From positions 116,188,001-116,252,000 of the forward strand of contig NC_042999.1 in the NCBI RefSeq assembly GCF_006345805.1: a stretch of 64,000 bases of DNA. The letters run 5' to 3'. Origin of the DNA: Octopus sinensis (Eukaryota). Of the stretch, positions 35,993 through 51,520 are shown piece after piece (position 1 is the stretch's first letter; each line of letters opens with the position of its first letter). The notes beneath the pieces are model-generated. The model was not told the origin of the DNA, ran no database searches, and saw nothing but the letters and a program-made list of their open reading frames with translations. The position numbers and the translations under genes were made by a program.

Positions 35993-38900
35993 CATACATA
36001 TATATATATACATATAATAACAAAATAATAAATAAAACATGCATATATACATATATGTACATACCTACATCTATATGTATATATACATGCATATATAGGT
36101 ACAGGACACCAAAAAAACGTTGAACACAATGAGAAGCGAAAACATAACAAGACCATGGAAACAGACTTTTTTCAAACAACGAAAAAAAAGAGTACAAGAC
36201 ATACAACACAAGGAATATTCCCCTTCTTCAGCTGCCCCTGCTTCGTTTACGCCGTGTTTTGATATATATAATGTTATGTATATATATTGCCCGTTTCTGC
36301 CAGAATGGTTATCATGAAATGATTCCATTAAACTTAAAATAATAATCTATTATGTTACCATTGTGACAACCTTTTATCTCATAATCAACTGACTTCTTTT
36401 TTTCTTTCAGTAATTTTCACCACCGAAAGTTGAACGATAATTGTTTTGCAGTGAATACCATCCCTTTGAAAACAATTAACTTCTTCAACTTTGAAATTTG
36501 AAGTTATCAGAAATCTTTGGAATCAACTAAAATCAGTTTTTTTTTTCTCATAAATATTTTTAATTGAGTAATGAATAACCAAATTACCAGTGAAGTTTTA
36601 TAATTCAGTCTCTGCGATCAATAACCAAATTGTTTTACATAAACTATCTTTAAAACTATACATGTTATTTGTGTTTAATTGAAATTGGTATTGTCATTGC
36701 TAATGTTGTTATTCATTAGTCTAAGCCAGCCTGTGATTGATTGAAAAATGTTTTGGCATATCTATGACTACATTATCTAATGTGTGCTTCCCATTTTCTA
36801 GATAGCAGGGAGTGATTTTTAGTGAGACTTGGCTACCATTTCTGAAACATCAAATGACCATATAGAGGCTCTTTGTAGAGAAGTAAAGACATAATAGATG
36901 AGTGCAATGGTGTATGTAATAGGCATAAATATTCTGGGTGTTTTCTCCAAATAACACAAAGTGTATATCATATTTGTTTTTATTTCCAATCTAGTTGGTT
37001 CTGACACAAACTGTTACTAGCCTGCCTGGTGGTAAAGGACCTCTATTTAGGTTATAACTATCATATAAATACCCATACACCTTTATATACATTCATTCAT
37101 ACACACACACACACACACACAGACACACACCTGATTCATCATCATCATCTTCATCATTTAATGTTCACTTTTCTATGCTTGCATGGGTCAGACGAAATTT
37201 TTTGAGTCAGATCTTATATAACTGGATGCCCTTCACCTGCTTCCTAGCAAGGTAATATTTCCCCATACCTAGACATGTTCTTTACTGAAGAACAGAAATG
37301 TGCAACCTCACTTACATGACTTTGATGATGCTCATTTAAAACCATCAAGGATGTAGAGACAAGGGTACATACAAATGCACATGCATGCAGACACACATAC
37401 ATATATATGGTATGGTCACATGTTACGTAAGGATGAGGACAGCTGTGTGAAGAAGTGTCACACCCTAACAGTGCTGAGAACCTGTGGAAGAGGTAAACCC
37501 AGGAAGTCATGGGATGAGGTGGTGAGGCACCAACTTTGAACGTTGGGCCTCACAGAGGCAATGACAGGCGACTGAGACCTTTGGAGATATGCTGTGCTTG
37601 AGAAGACCTGGCAAGCCAAGTGAGATTGTAGCTGTGGCTGATGCCAGTATTGCATAACTGACTCATTTAAAAGTATCCCTTCAATTGTCCGCAATTTACT
37701 GTACTTGAGAAAACCTGTTGAGCCAAGTGGAATCGTAGTTGTGGCTGATGCCAGTGGTACCTAGCTAACACCCATGCTGGTGACACGTAAAAAGCACCAT
37801 TCGAGTGTGGCTGATGCCAGTGCCGCCTGACTGGCACCCATGCCGGTGACACGTAAAAAGCACCATTTGAGAGTGGTCAATACCAGTGTTGCTTGACTGG
37901 TGGCACATAAAATGCACCTACTACACTCTTGGAGTGGGTGATGTTAGGAAGGGCATCCAGCTGTAGAAACCTTGCCAGGTCAGATTGGAGCCTGGTGCAT
38001 CCACCTGGCTTGTTAGTCCTCAGTCAAGCTATTCAACCCATACCAGCATGTAAAGTGGATGTTAAACAATTATGATATATATATATATTCATGAGAAATT
38101 ATGATAAACAAATTTACAGCATTTATTCCCTACATACAGGAGTGGCTGTGTGGTAAGTAGCTTGCTTACCAACCTCATGGTTCCAGGTTCAGTCCCACTG
38201 TGTGGCACCTTGGGCAAGTGTCTTCTGCTATAGCCTTGGGCCTAGCAAAGCCATGTGAGTGAATTTGGAAACTGAAAGAAGCCCGTCATATATATATATA
38301 TATGTGTATATGTTTGTGTGATAGGATGAGAAACGAGAACATAAAAAACAAAAATATAGAAAACTAACTTTTTTTGAACAATGAAAAAACAAACAGAAAA
38401 ATGAGACATGCAATATAAAGAACATTCCCTTCATCAGTTGTCCCCTGTTTTATCTACTCCGCATTTCAAAGGTAAGGATAAGACGTGACTTTGTTAAAAC
38501 AGACCTTCCTGCAAAGCAAATTAAATAAAATTTGGGATTTTTTGTGGAGGGTGAAAGTGGTAACAAAAACAGGACAGTGAGAACAAAACAGTAAAAACAA
38601 ATGGTGAGGGTTGTTAAGCCAAGACGATGTGAAGTGCTGAATGCTGAAAAAACGAGCTTTGAGAAGAGACAGATAAAAGCACGTCTTGTCTTTAGGAAGT
38701 AAGTGGAAGAAAGAGAGAATGCCGTTAGTCACGTGTGATCAACGAGAGAGTCAAAGAGGAAGAGTGACAGAGAAAGAGAGGGAACAGTGAAGGGGAGAGG
38801 AGAAGAATAGGGAAAGGGTGGGTGAGAAAAACAAAGGAAGAAGAACAAGAGAGGGAGATAGACAGACAGAAAAGAGATAGAATAAGAGTGCACATTGTAA

Positions 38901-41084
38901 TTATTACGATAAAACATACTTGGAAATGGATGCGTGGCATTCAATCATATAATGATATAACTAATATATAAGTATATGCATATATACATACATTTATATA
39001 CATACCTACATACATATGTATATGTGTGTATATATATATAGATATATATAGATATATATATATATATATACGATGGACTTCTTTCAGTTACTGTCTACCA
39101 AATCCACTCACAAGTCTTTGGTCAGCTTGAGGCTATAGTAGAAGACACTTACCCAAGGTGCCATGCAGTGAGACTGAACCCAGAATCATGTGGTTGGTAA
39201 GTAAGCTACTTACCACACAGCCACTCCTAGTGAAAAATGAATAAACACTAGAGGTAAAAAGGGGAGTAGCAAAGTAAAAGAGAAAGAAAAGATGGTTAAA
39301 AGAGGGAGAGACAATGAAAAAAGGAGTATTTTGTAATGTGTAACATAAAGTGTTCCCTTGATGATCCATAGTGATTAAGCATCCAAATTTATTTGAAACA
39401 TCTAACGCAGTGGTTCCACACAACCACATTGGTAAAGCATATGTAAGAAGCCTATGATGCAAACTTGTGTTTATCATAATTTCTCTTATATTTATTCTGA
39501 ATATCATAACCAGTGATATTACTGAATACAGAAGTAACCAAACCCCTATACTGGGAGCAAATTGGATGAAGATAATCTGCATGGAGCTCTCAAGTCAACA
39601 ATAGCAGCCATACATCTAGCTGTAAAAGGGTAATGTCCCCCTTTTGGTCAAGAATGACCATGGAATTGCACCTAGAAAGTTCCCCTATGGCTCAGTGGTT
39701 AAAGTGTCAGGCTTACAATCATGAAGTAGTGAGTTCAATTCCTGGACTGGGCTGTGTGGTGTGTTCTTGAGCAAGACACTTTAGTTCATGTTGTTCCAGT
39801 TCACTCAGCTATACAAATGAGTTGTGACATCACTGGTGCCAAGCTATAGTGGCCTTTGCCTTTCCCTTGGATAACATTGTCGGTGTGGAGAGGGGAGGCT
39901 AGTATGCATGGGTGACTGCTGGTCTTCCATAAAATCAAACTTACCCAGACTTGCACCTTAGAGGGGAACTTTTTAGGTGTAATCCCATGGTTATTCATGA
40001 CCAAAGGGGGTCCTTATCTATCTGTACGCACAAGATATGTATAATGGAAAGTTGGTGAATCCTTCAACTAACCACAAAAGTCCATAAGACCAGAGCTTGC
40101 TTTGTTTTCTATGGCAGGAAGCTGATCAAGCAAATACTTCCAAAGAAAGGATTTGTGGTAACTTTTCCTTCAATAATTGTTAACTGTTCTAATGTTAAAT
40201 AGACTGCTGTTGTTAGGAAAAGGGTAAAACCAGAATTTGAGAAAACTACAGTCCTCATCCACAAAAAGAAGAGCAAAAAAAACAATTAATAAATTTCTAA
40301 AATGAAATAAGTTTGTATATCATTTGAAGAAGTGTTCTGACTAAAATTTCAAAAAATCCCTTCTTGCATCTGCACATGAGCTTATTTTATTTTACAACCG
40401 ATGCAACTAGAGTTAAGTATCTCATTTTACAGATACAATGAAGTGTTTTCAGTGTCTATTAAACTTGTCATTTTTTTTGCACTAAATAGCCCTGTGCTTT
40501 ATCCACTTGGCTAGTTTACTTTTGTGGTTGAGTGATATACGAGTATTTGTGAGTGTATGTGTATGTGATGCGTTGAGTACATGCACACGTGGCTTGTGTA
40601 TTTTGAGAAACTGTTAACACCAAATACAAACGATGCAATTTACTGGAAAGTAGCTACTTTGGATTTGTTGCATTAAGTGAGTACTACTTCGAAATCTGAG
40701 AGGCAGATTGTGCCAATGTCCTTAAGGTCACTTCCTGAAAACATCTTAAGGTCAAGTGTTAAATGTATAGCTAATAATGGCTAATGTTTAAGTGTTTACT
40801 AGTGACTCTGCTATAATTTCAGTTTGCTAGCTTTCCTATACTATTGTCTGATACCAATGTTGTGGTTACTTATATTCTGATATTATTTTAATCTACTGGA
40901 GTTGAATAGGCATGAGTTTAGCACAGCATGACAGGCTGTGTTTTGCTTATGGAGGAAGATTTCTACTTATCCTTGTTTTGGTTGTCAATTCTTAGTAACT
41001 TGCTCCATCAATTGGAGATGGTAATAAGCCAAAGAGGAAGCCTCTACATGGTAACTGAAGCTATTAGAAATTGAAAGCAAAGTT

Positions 41085-41317
41085 AAGGTGGCGAGCTGGC
41101 AGAAACATTAGCATGCCAGGCGAAATGCTTAGCGGTATTTCATCTGCTGCTATGTTCTGAGTTCAAATTCCGCCGAGGTCGACTTTGCCTTTCATCCTTT
41201 CAGGGTCGATTAAATAAGTGCCAGTTACACACTAGGATCAATATAATCGACTTAATCCGTTTGTCTGTCCTTGTTTGCCCCCTCTATGTGTAGCCCCTTG
41301 TGGGCAGTAAAGAAATA
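41085..41317 (+). mobile_element. SINE family B with TSD
   Basis: 16-bp TSD agaaattgaaagcaaa at 41066-41081 and 41318-41333. Confidence 0.88.
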
Positions 41318-41439
41318 AGAAATTGAAAGCAAATCTCCCTCAAATTGTACTCTACCATCTCAAAGAGAAAATGTCACATTAAATAATGTGATCCTAGAGA
41401 TATACTACTTGAAAGGAAGAAGGGATGGTCATGGTTTAA

Positions 41440-41659
41440 CCCTTTAGTATATAAACCAGCCACATTCGACCCAACTATTCTACCTGTTTTATGTTCAGAC
41501 TGACTGGATCTGACCTCTTACACTGATCATACAATGCCATTCTAAAAATAAACAATCACGTCCTTGAAATCTTGTAGTAACAAGGTAATACAAGATTAAT
41601 TCAAAACAATGTGAATGAATAAGGATTACATTTGATAGAGTAATCTGAATGCTAAAGGG
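41440..41659. mobile_element. piggyBac-type MITE
   Basis: TTAA-CCCTTTAG...CTAAAGGG-TTAA. Same family as 18048-18242. Confidence 0.8.
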
Positions 41660-44600
41660 TTAAATGCATTTTATCATAGTTCAGAACTGATCTGGTGCTG
41701 AACAACAACAGACACTGAGCTGACAAAACTCAACTAGCTTACACATTGACCTGTTGTTATTATTTTTTTTTACTGATGTATATCACTACTTTTGACTTAA
41801 ATTACTCCCCAACTCAAAAGTGTATAAGTTCATATCCTGTGAGAACTGACATCAATCCTTCTTCTCTTTAGAGAGAAATTGTTGATATTTATAGAATCAC
41901 TGAGCAATTAGATTTGAAGAAGGACCTTACCTATATTTATATCTCCCTATGGAATACAATTTTATCTAAATTTGTATATGATTTCTGCTAATGCAGACTT
42001 CTCTGTTTCCTCAGATCTTACTAATAGAACTTTGTTTGTTGTATTATTCCTTAATTCTTGAGTTATGTATTGCTAATTGATATAGTATTCTTTTTACTTC
42101 TAATACAACTTTTTACTATTTTAATATGTATTTTAATATGTAAGCAACTAACAATTTGGAACTTCAATTTTGTCATTATGTGTGTGTGTAATATTTCTTA
42201 TTAATTATAGTGACTGCTTACTTCAAACTTTTGCCAATACTGATTTCTTAGAACTGTTCCATAAAGCAAGAATTGGCAAAAATTCAAAGTTAGCAGTTGC
42301 TCTTCTTAATATTTACTGGCATAAACATGGCTGGTGGTTAAGAAGCTCACTTTGCAACCATGTAGTTTTAGGTTCAGTACCACTTTGCAGCAACTTGGGC
42401 AAGTGCCATCTATAAATAACGAATGCCTTGTTAGTGAATTTGGGAGACAGAAACTGTATGGAAGCCCATTGCATGTATATATATATCTGTGTGTGTGTAT
42501 ATATATATGTGTGTGTGTGTGCATGTGCCCATCCAACTGAACAACCAGTGTTGGTTTGTGTATGGTCTTGTAACTTAGCAGTTTAGCAAAAGAAACTGAG
42601 AAATTAAGTACCAAACATTAAAAATAAGTACTAGAGTTGGTTGGTTTGACTACCCCATTCAAGATGGTTTCCAGTGATTGAAATAAGTAACAAAAAGAAA
42701 GAATAATAAAAATTATCGTGACTCTATGTTCACAAAAGCAACATATTTCTCAAGTCATCATTGTTTGATAGTACTGTTATAGACTCCCCTGACAAGGTCT
42801 AACAAGGCTGAAACATAACCAGAGTTTTTTTCCATACTGCCAAGATTAGATGCACTAATAATTTTAATTAAAATTTTGGTATTGCCTACTTTGCTTTGCT
42901 TACCAGAATTGATCATATTATCTAATGAGTCTTTCTCTTCATTTGCCACAGCTGTAATTTTAATTAATTAGAATTTCTTGGCTTTCCTTGTTAAGTATGT
43001 ATGTTAGTATCACCCTTACCTTTAGAAAGTTTTCCCACTATATACAAGAATCATGCCTAGTTACAGCTCTCCCTTGTTATTAATGGGAGCTTATAGTAAC
43101 TTTTAAGTGTTACAATTCTGATTCTAAATCATGAAAGAGATGCTTACACTGCAACAGATTCTGAAACTGGATTGAGTTTCTGAGTAAGTTACTCTTTTAC
43201 TTGTTTCAGTCATTTGACTGCAGCCATGCTGGAGCACCGCTTTTAGTCAAGCAAATCGACCCCAGGACTTATTCTTTGGAAGCCTAGTACTTATTCTATC
43301 GGTCACTTTTGCCAAACCACTAAGTTACGGGGATGTAAACACACCAGCATCGGTTGTTAAGCAATGCTGGGGAGACAAACACAGACACACAAACACACGC
43401 ACATATATACGATGGTCTTCTTTCAGTTTCCATCTACCAAATCCACTCACAAGGCTTTGGTCGGCCCGAGGCTATAGTAGAAGACACTTTCCAAGGTTTC
43501 TCACTGTGGGACTAAACCCAGAACCATGTGGTTGGTAAGCAAGCTACTTACCACACAGCTGCTAAATAGTTGACATTAATTTACCTAATTGGGGCAGTAG
43601 AACAGCAGAATCATGAGAGCATTGCTAAAATGATTTGCAGCTTTTCTTCTGGCCTTTTACAGTCTGAGTTCAACTCCCTCTAAGGTCAACTTGGCCTTCC
43701 TTTTTTTGGAGTCGATAAAACAAAGTACTGTTCAAGCACTAGGTTTGACATAATTGACTAAATCCCTCCCTCAAAATTGAACACCATGTGTTAAAATTAT
43801 AAAGTGGTCTACCAATCCTGTTGATTTCATTGATTTTTCTAAATAGTACACATCCAGAAATGTGTAGGGGAATGAGTGTAGTGGAAATCAATTCTTGTAT
43901 AAGCTTGGTGTTCATGTTATTGAGCTAATGTAATTGGTAGAATTGATTTAGTAGGATTTCTACTGAGAATATTGAGGGCATTTAATCAAATAATGTAAAT
44001 AATCTAACCCCCTTTTTTTTATAGTATTTCTCTTGAAATCAACTGCCTTTCTTTTAATAAGTTATGAAAATATTGAAGAATTTTGTAAAAGAACTATTGT
44101 TATTAAACTGGTGTTTGGAACATAAATCAACATGGAATTTTGATGGAAGATTTTAAAGTTACATCACTTTAAAACAAGAAGTCGTATCACAGAATCAGAG
44201 GCACTTTCAGGTGGGCTGATCAGGCCTTCAAAATACTCTACTCACTTCCTACTTGACTGAATATTAAATGCTACAGTACACAGAAGAAACTGTGTTAGGT
44301 TATTGATATGTGAAATCTTATTTTCAGAGTTACTTCTGCCAACTTTTGAGAGGACAAAAATTATTTGTGATAGCATGTGCTCATATATAAATATGGGTAG
44401 TTAAGCTGGAAACCTTAACTGCACATATAACAACAAATGGAAATTGTAACTGCTTTCAAAACAATAAAATGTAAAGATATCAACATAATGATACACTGAA
44501 TTTAAAGCAAAGGTCAGTCAACAATCCAATTTGGGGAAACAGTATATTCAATAATTATAGTTTTCCTTCTCATAGTTGAAATTTCTCCCCTGAAAACACT

Positions 44601-46599
44601 ACTTTTTTAATAAAGCCCTGTACTCAATGACTAAAAACTGAGCAGTTGATGTGGTCAGAGTGTGGTAGAAGTTAGTAATTAAAGATCAATAGGTCATGAC
44701 TCAGGTGATGCAAAACTTTATTCAGACTACAGAAATAATTAATAAACACTCATACACATACATGTATGTGTGTAACATATACATAAACGAAAGAAAAACA
44801 CATTAGGTTATCCTGATCATGAATATTAATCTTCTGTGAAATTAATTTTTAATTCTTTGAAATTACTTCCCCTTTTTCATTGAGAGTCGCTAACAATTGC
44901 TGATAGACTTTTGCTTTCTTTCTCTGACCAAGAGATAAATTCCAATTGATGAGAAATTTTTGTGTATATTGTTTATCATATTGCTGTCACAATCGCCTTA
45001 ATTTATGTCATTAGCTCACTTTATGTAATTATGAAAATTATACTGAACAAATTCTTTATAATCATTGACCATTTATAAAAATTTAAGTCCAATGATCAAA
45101 GGAAACTTCAGAAAATTATCCTTCATTCTTGATGCCTAACAAAACTGGAACATGTGTATCTGTCACCTTCTCTGCTTTAAAAATATCATTTTGTCCTCAG
45201 TGTGAAAATTCAGTTTTCATGCTCAGGAGAAATTATCTCCTCCTTTTAAGTCACTGACAAATGCTGCTATGGTATTAATTTTTTATCTTTCTCCAACTAA
45301 GAGCAATTCCTAATCATTGAGATTATTTTGTTAATGTCATTCAGTACATCACTACCTATCTAAATCATGTGCTATAATGTGACTAATGTGAATTTCTTTT
45401 TATGTGAGTTTTCACTCACTTTGATTCAGGTAGCCAAGTTTTCATTGATATCTCAACTTTGCAAAATCTCAGTGCCATTTTGCACTAACATTGGCACAAA
45501 GTTAGGAACAAAATGTTCTGGCTTGGCTTTATTGTGATTAATGTACTCTTAATACTTCATTTTGCTGTTTTTAAAATATTAATAAGTAATATTCACCCTA
45601 AGAAACTATGGGCTTTTTTTTAGTTTCATTTTCCAAAAACGAAGATGAAACTATCCAATGATACTTCGTTATTACTGTGATGTCATTACAGATTCAAAAC
45701 AACAGTATGTCTCTTTGATAAGTTTTACATATATCAGGTTAAATCTTATCAATCGTTTAGTTAACTTTCTCATGTGTTTTCCCAAAAGGTTATGCCCAAT
45801 GTTGTTAACATATTTGATTCTGTTATTTCCATTCCTCCTCTTATTTACCTTCATCCTAAACCATCTTTGAAGTTGAGTTTCTGCCACCAACGAATTGGTG
45901 TTTTCAGTGTGTGCAATATGGGAATAATCATTAATACTATTGGGCATGTTGGAGGTCTGTGTAAATATGCACGTATATATATATATATACATACACACAC
46001 ACATAATGATGTGTGCATGTGTATAGATATAGGTAGGCAGTGAGTGCATGTAAAATGTTCTTAGTGATCTATGTTTTGTGTGTGTGCCTAGACGATGAAT
46101 ATACAAGAGATAGATGTTAAACATGCATATATTCTATCCAATATTTGTATGAATGTATGTATTATGAGATTCCTTTCGACAGGGAAAAATTTGTTCCTGG
46201 TCAAAAGGAATTTTATAATAATGCTAACTGTACCCCCTCCATCTAAAATGTTCTATTGTTATTCTTAAACTTGATTTAAAATAATAACTTTAACTTTACT
46301 TACATACATTCGTAAATAAGTGGTAAAGTAACCAACAATCACCACTAGGTTTTTGTCCTTTTCTGTTCCTCCAGCAAAGCAAAAAATTAAATTTTTTTTT
46401 CGTGTATGATATTCAATATATTACCTCTTGATGTATCAGGATTCGTGCTTTTGGTTCACTTGAATTATTTCCCTAAGGTCATTTTATTTTATTTGGCAAA
46501 AGGGTTTTCTTTATTTAAAAATCTTTGTCAGCTGATCAGACAAATGTACTGATGATATCTAACAGATTGAAACATTCGTTCATTGTTGCCACTTCACCT

Positions 46600-47700
46600 T
46601 GTAAATTGTGTTAAAGAGAATCGCTAATCATCCTTCACAACCACAACCGCCTTAATAGATTCTCAAATGTAACACTCTCTTGCAAACACAGCTTCTATTC
46701 ATCATTTTCCCATTTTGTTAAATGTATGTAGTCCCCTGATTACAATTAACCTTAGGATACAACTAGGTCACACTAACAACTTACTCCTCCACTAATACCA
46801 TTCATACTACCAAATTATTCTTTCTGACTACCTTTGCACATTCCTCTTATCAAGCACACCCCATCCCTCTTACAACCATCCTATCTTCACATGTATTCTT
46901 TCCCCATTTTCTCCTTATTCCTCTTCAACCCCACTGCATTAGCCAACAAATTATCCACCCCTCGCCCTACCACTAAATCACCTTTGTTATTTGATTCTCC
47001 CCTTCAATCTAAACCAATTTGTACTAACTACCTCAGTCCTGACTACCAACTCACCCCTACTCTGTCCACTTCCCTCTATCTTCTGTCATAACTTTCCATA
47101 TACCTTAGTAATCTCCCTCTTCCACCAACTTACTTTTTTTCTTCAAATTACTCCTTAGCCATTCTATAAGCATCTATGAATTAGATTCTTTTCCTACCTC
47201 TAATAATTGCCCTCCTCTTTCTCACTGTTTCAACTTCCCATAGTTCTATAGCCATTACCCCTAAACTTTAACACCTATTCACAAACCCAACAACAACTGA
47301 CCTGGCTTCTATTACTACCCCTCCCACTCATATCCCAACTCTCCGTCTCTACTACTACTACCTCTCTCAGTACCCTGATTGTTAACACCATTCCATCTTC
47401 CTGAACTGGCTCCTATCTCCTTTCATCATTCCCTGCTTCTATACTCCCAACACCCTCACCAAGCCTCCTACTTCCTTACTTCAATATGCTTGCTCTCCAC
47501 ATTTAATTATTTCGCTTTTAAACTTCTCTGCATCACCATCTGAAATCTAAGATTTTGTTTCTACCCTGATGACAGAGGTTCGATTTATCCAACGTTTATT
47601 TACTTCCATTACTGACTGCATATTTTGGTGAACTACATCTAACATCATGATGGATCTCTAACCCCCAGAAACAGCTGTTGGACTTGCAACATCTTACCTC
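46600..47700 (+). mobile_element. Possible decayed Penelope-like element 3' end and pLTR
   Basis: RESLIILHNHNRLNRFS resembles a GIY-YIG C-terminal tail. It is followed by a long C-rich tract and a hammerhead-like motif (CTGATGA at 47566, GAAACAGCTGTT at 47668). Confidence 0.4.
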
Positions 47701-47910
47701 CATCCCTTTAATTTTCTCTGTCGTTTGTACCCTGTGTAAGTTCGATCTATTAATATATAAATGTCTATATATCTATACTTAAATATTCATCGTCTGAAAA
47801 TCTTGTCTTCGCTTTTTTACACACATGTATATATGTATTATTTATCAAATCCAAGCTGTTACATTTAATTTGTTTATCTGCATAATTGCTTTTCTCTGTC
47901 TCTCTATCTC

Positions 47911-47949
<39 letters not shown>

Positions 47950-50649
47950 GTGTGTGGGGGCGTGCGAGCGTGTGCATGACTTTTTATTTTTTTCTCACAC
48001 TGCCTGACAATCGATGCTAGTTTGTTTACGACCTCCTAACTTAGCGGCTCGGCGGAAAGACCGACAGAATAAGTTACTGGCTTGAAAAAGATTAAGTAAC
48101 TGGGGTCGATTTATTTGATTAACCACTTGAAGGTAGTGCCCCAGCATGGCCACGTCCAGTGACTGAAACTATTAAAAGAATAAATAAGTGAAGAAATGTA
48201 TTATACACCCTGCATAATGATTAAGCTATAAAAAAGAACTTTATATGTATAGCTTTTTAAAATTCTATTGACTATCATTTCACTTGGGTTGAGATTTTTG
48301 TCTGTGCAATTTCTGTTCTTTACATGTGAAAGGTAACATTTAGGAAATATGTAAATAAATTTATATTCGATTACTAATACATTTGTTTATTGTTACTACT
48401 TACATGAGCTTATGCGGGTGCCTTTATGCGGTTTCTCGATCTGTTAGAAACAGCCACCAAATATTTCTCAAAATATACCCGACAGTCTTAAAAGAGTGAA
48501 GGATGCCCTTACTAATGTATCCTTGATATAAAAAGGGACGACATAGTTGTGACTAGTCATATTTTCTCGAAGATGTGCTCTGTCAGAAGGGAGCTGAGGA
48601 TAAGCAACTATTTATATGAAGAGAAAAGTATAAAATATTTAAAGGAAAGAATATGTAAATGAAAACGAATGTAGAGATTATACATTTCGGGAACAGTCAT
48701 GAGTAGGTTACTGAATATGTTGTTTTACCTTGTTCCATTATGAAATTTTCACAATGGTCTCATTTCCACTCTATAGGAAGTTAAAGGTGGTTGCAGATAG
48801 ATAAAAACAATAATGAATTGTATATAATTTTTCTTTTTATTTCCTACAGGAAATAAATTTTTTCCGATCTTATTGGCAGACTAATTCAATAAGCACATCG
48901 ACAGCACGTGGTTTGTGAATGTACGTTATTATAGGATAAAATTCAGATAGAATGTGCAAATTTTAGTTTACAAAATCAACCAAGACAAAGTTTGTATAAA
49001 TTTGTTTGAAAATGTACATATATATTTTAGTGCTTTACCAGTCAAGTTGAATAATGTGCTGTGGAAATATCCATGTAATTTTCTTGTTTTACAAAGCCAA
49101 CTAAATGATGTAAATAGAAAATGTACTAAATAAAGTGTTACCGCCTTACGGTATGCAAATTAGTACCAGTTTTCTGTACCTACTGTAATTGTTGAGTATG
49201 TAACGAACACCTACAGAATACATTGGCTAAGATTCGTAAGCGAATCCACATTGTCAAATAAGTCCACGGTCCATTGTCTTAGTCTTTCTGCACTGAGAGA
49301 TTAATGATGATGAACTGATCTCTTAGACATTCTTCGGGTATTCATCAGTCAAACTTGATATATAAGTAGAATCCTTTTGTTCTCGGTTGACATAATTAAA
49401 CTGGAGAAGTTTTAAATACGCAGGCAAATACCAGTCAATCTCTTTTGGTAATTTAGCGATGGCTATCTTCCTCGCGTCAGGTATGTCTTATCACGAGCAC
49501 GAGAACACAACTGTTATTCTATCTAGCTGCATACATTCGTTTTATTCTGTCTTTCCCCCTAACAGTCACAGAGATGAAACTACTATCATACAGAATGGAC
49601 TGGGGATCCACAAACGAAGTTATATATATTTTGTATATTGTAACGACTAATATAATCAACTTAATAAACGACCATATTAATAATCAAGCAAATAGCGATC
49701 TTGAATAATTTTTCGGATCCCTTTTCACATTAAATTTCATCTTTACAAGTATATAAACAGATTGGTTACTTGTTTCTCTGGGGTTGATGTAGACGCTTCT
49801 GATGAGAATCCATTAAGTCAAAAGTTTACGCCTATATTGACAGCAGTAAAAATAGACTTAGATAACGTACGGTTTTTTTTTTTAACTGGTAGAAATAGAC
49901 ATCGCCAAAAGATTTCTCACGTTAGCATCAATGATCTGAAGCAACTGAACGGGAGTCACTTCCATCCGTGTTATTGCTTTCTGGAGCAGTGTGAAAAGAG
50001 ACTAGAGATACTAGACTTGTTAGATCATCGAGCGAACTGAGCTAAAAGCCAGTCACGTGTTCCGGTTAAATTGAAAAAAAAGACTCCCATAGAATACTAG
50101 TCTCTGACTGGCTTAAATTTCTGATTAACTAAAATAAAACACATGACAAAATAGGGTTAATTAATTTATCGACAGTCAAATGCAGTCGCTAGAACTTCGT
50201 AATCTGTTTTTGTTATCATTCATACTTCTTTTGATTATTTGAAGTCAAAATCTATATAATTTGTTCAATCACATTTTTTAGATGTTAACTACTGTTCAAA
50301 TGGGATGATCGCATCTATAGATGATGGCTTGCAACTTTTCTGATTTATTCTGCTCTAATCTCTAATCCTTTATCGGGTATATACGGCAGCATTTCGGTAT
50401 ATTCCACTCCACATCACCAAGAAAATACCTAACGACTTTTTAAGATTCCACACTGTTACTTTTATAAATAAATCGCATAGGCTTCTGATAATACACTCGA
50501 GGTGGAAAAAAGGAGCCAAGTAGAAGCAACTCCTCCCCCACTCAAAAGAAAAGCCAAAAAAAAAAAAACCCTCCGTAGTCATCATATTTTTCTAAAAAAA
50601 AAAAACTCCGTTCACATAGCCAATATTATGACACTGTCAAAAAGCAGGA

Positions 50650-51520
50650 GGCGACTTCCTTCAATGATAGACCATTTCCGATTCAGAATTGGGTGAATTG
50701 TTTCTACCATATTACTTCTACTTCCCATTGATTCTTTATGCATTGTGGATCGGCGACGATGGGTCGCTAAAGAACGAGGGATTTTCTTCACGATAAAGTT
50801 ATGATCGAGGTCAGTGTTTCCGAACAAACTATCATCAATTGGTCAATTTTCTTCAGAGAAGCCTACAAGAAGAGCTCGTCGAGGATGGCATGTCTCATGT
50901 GATTGAGCTTGACGTCATAGTTGAAAATTACAGAAATATGAAACTACTTCTAATCGACGTCATAAAGATAAGAATAGGATAAAAACGCTTTAGTAAGATT
51001 TTTTGTTGTTGCATTACTGATAAATATTCGTAATATAATGCTTTCTGCCACCGATAGAATAAGGAATATCTTTGCATGTCGAACTTAAAATAAACCCAAT
51101 ACTTTATATACAGCTGAATAATTTACAAAAGCATGGTTCATTCGTTCGAATCACAGTGTTGTTTTAACTTAGCATTTGGAGACGTAAATTCATGAGACGT
51201 TGGAACAAGGATCGGATTAAGATACTTGGAGTCTAGTTCGAGCTAGACTTTCAGCTGACAAAAACTGATTGGATGTTTGAAATCTGCTATGTTCTCAGGC
51301 ATTCACTGCATTCAACCAATTGGACCATATTGAAAGTTAACCATTGCATACTATGGAAGATTAATGGAGGATACGAACGGCAATGGTTTGGGAGCGAGTC
51401 TATCCGTCGACGAAAAAGTCTGAAGTATCTTTTCTGGAAGATTTTCTATTCGAAGATCATGGACAATTTCCAAAAGTTCTTACTCTGGCAGTGCTATTCG
51501 AGATAAACTATAGAGAAATG
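50650..51520 (+). mobile_element. Decayed Merlin (IS1595/ISXO2-like) transposase remnant
   Basis: Broken frames VSVSEQTIINWSIFFREAY, GMSHVIELD and ILKVNHC match the Merlin pattern (TIxxWxxFxRE; VExDE; HxxVNH). Confidence 0.5.

Noticed and set aside
44800-45560. Possible decayed hAT/Buster transposase on the minus strand
   Set aside because: Resemblance is too fragmentary, with many stops and no TIRs found.
46148-46192. Imperfect hairpin resembling a terminator
   Set aside because: Rho-independent terminators are irrelevant in this genome. It is probably a small MITE relic.
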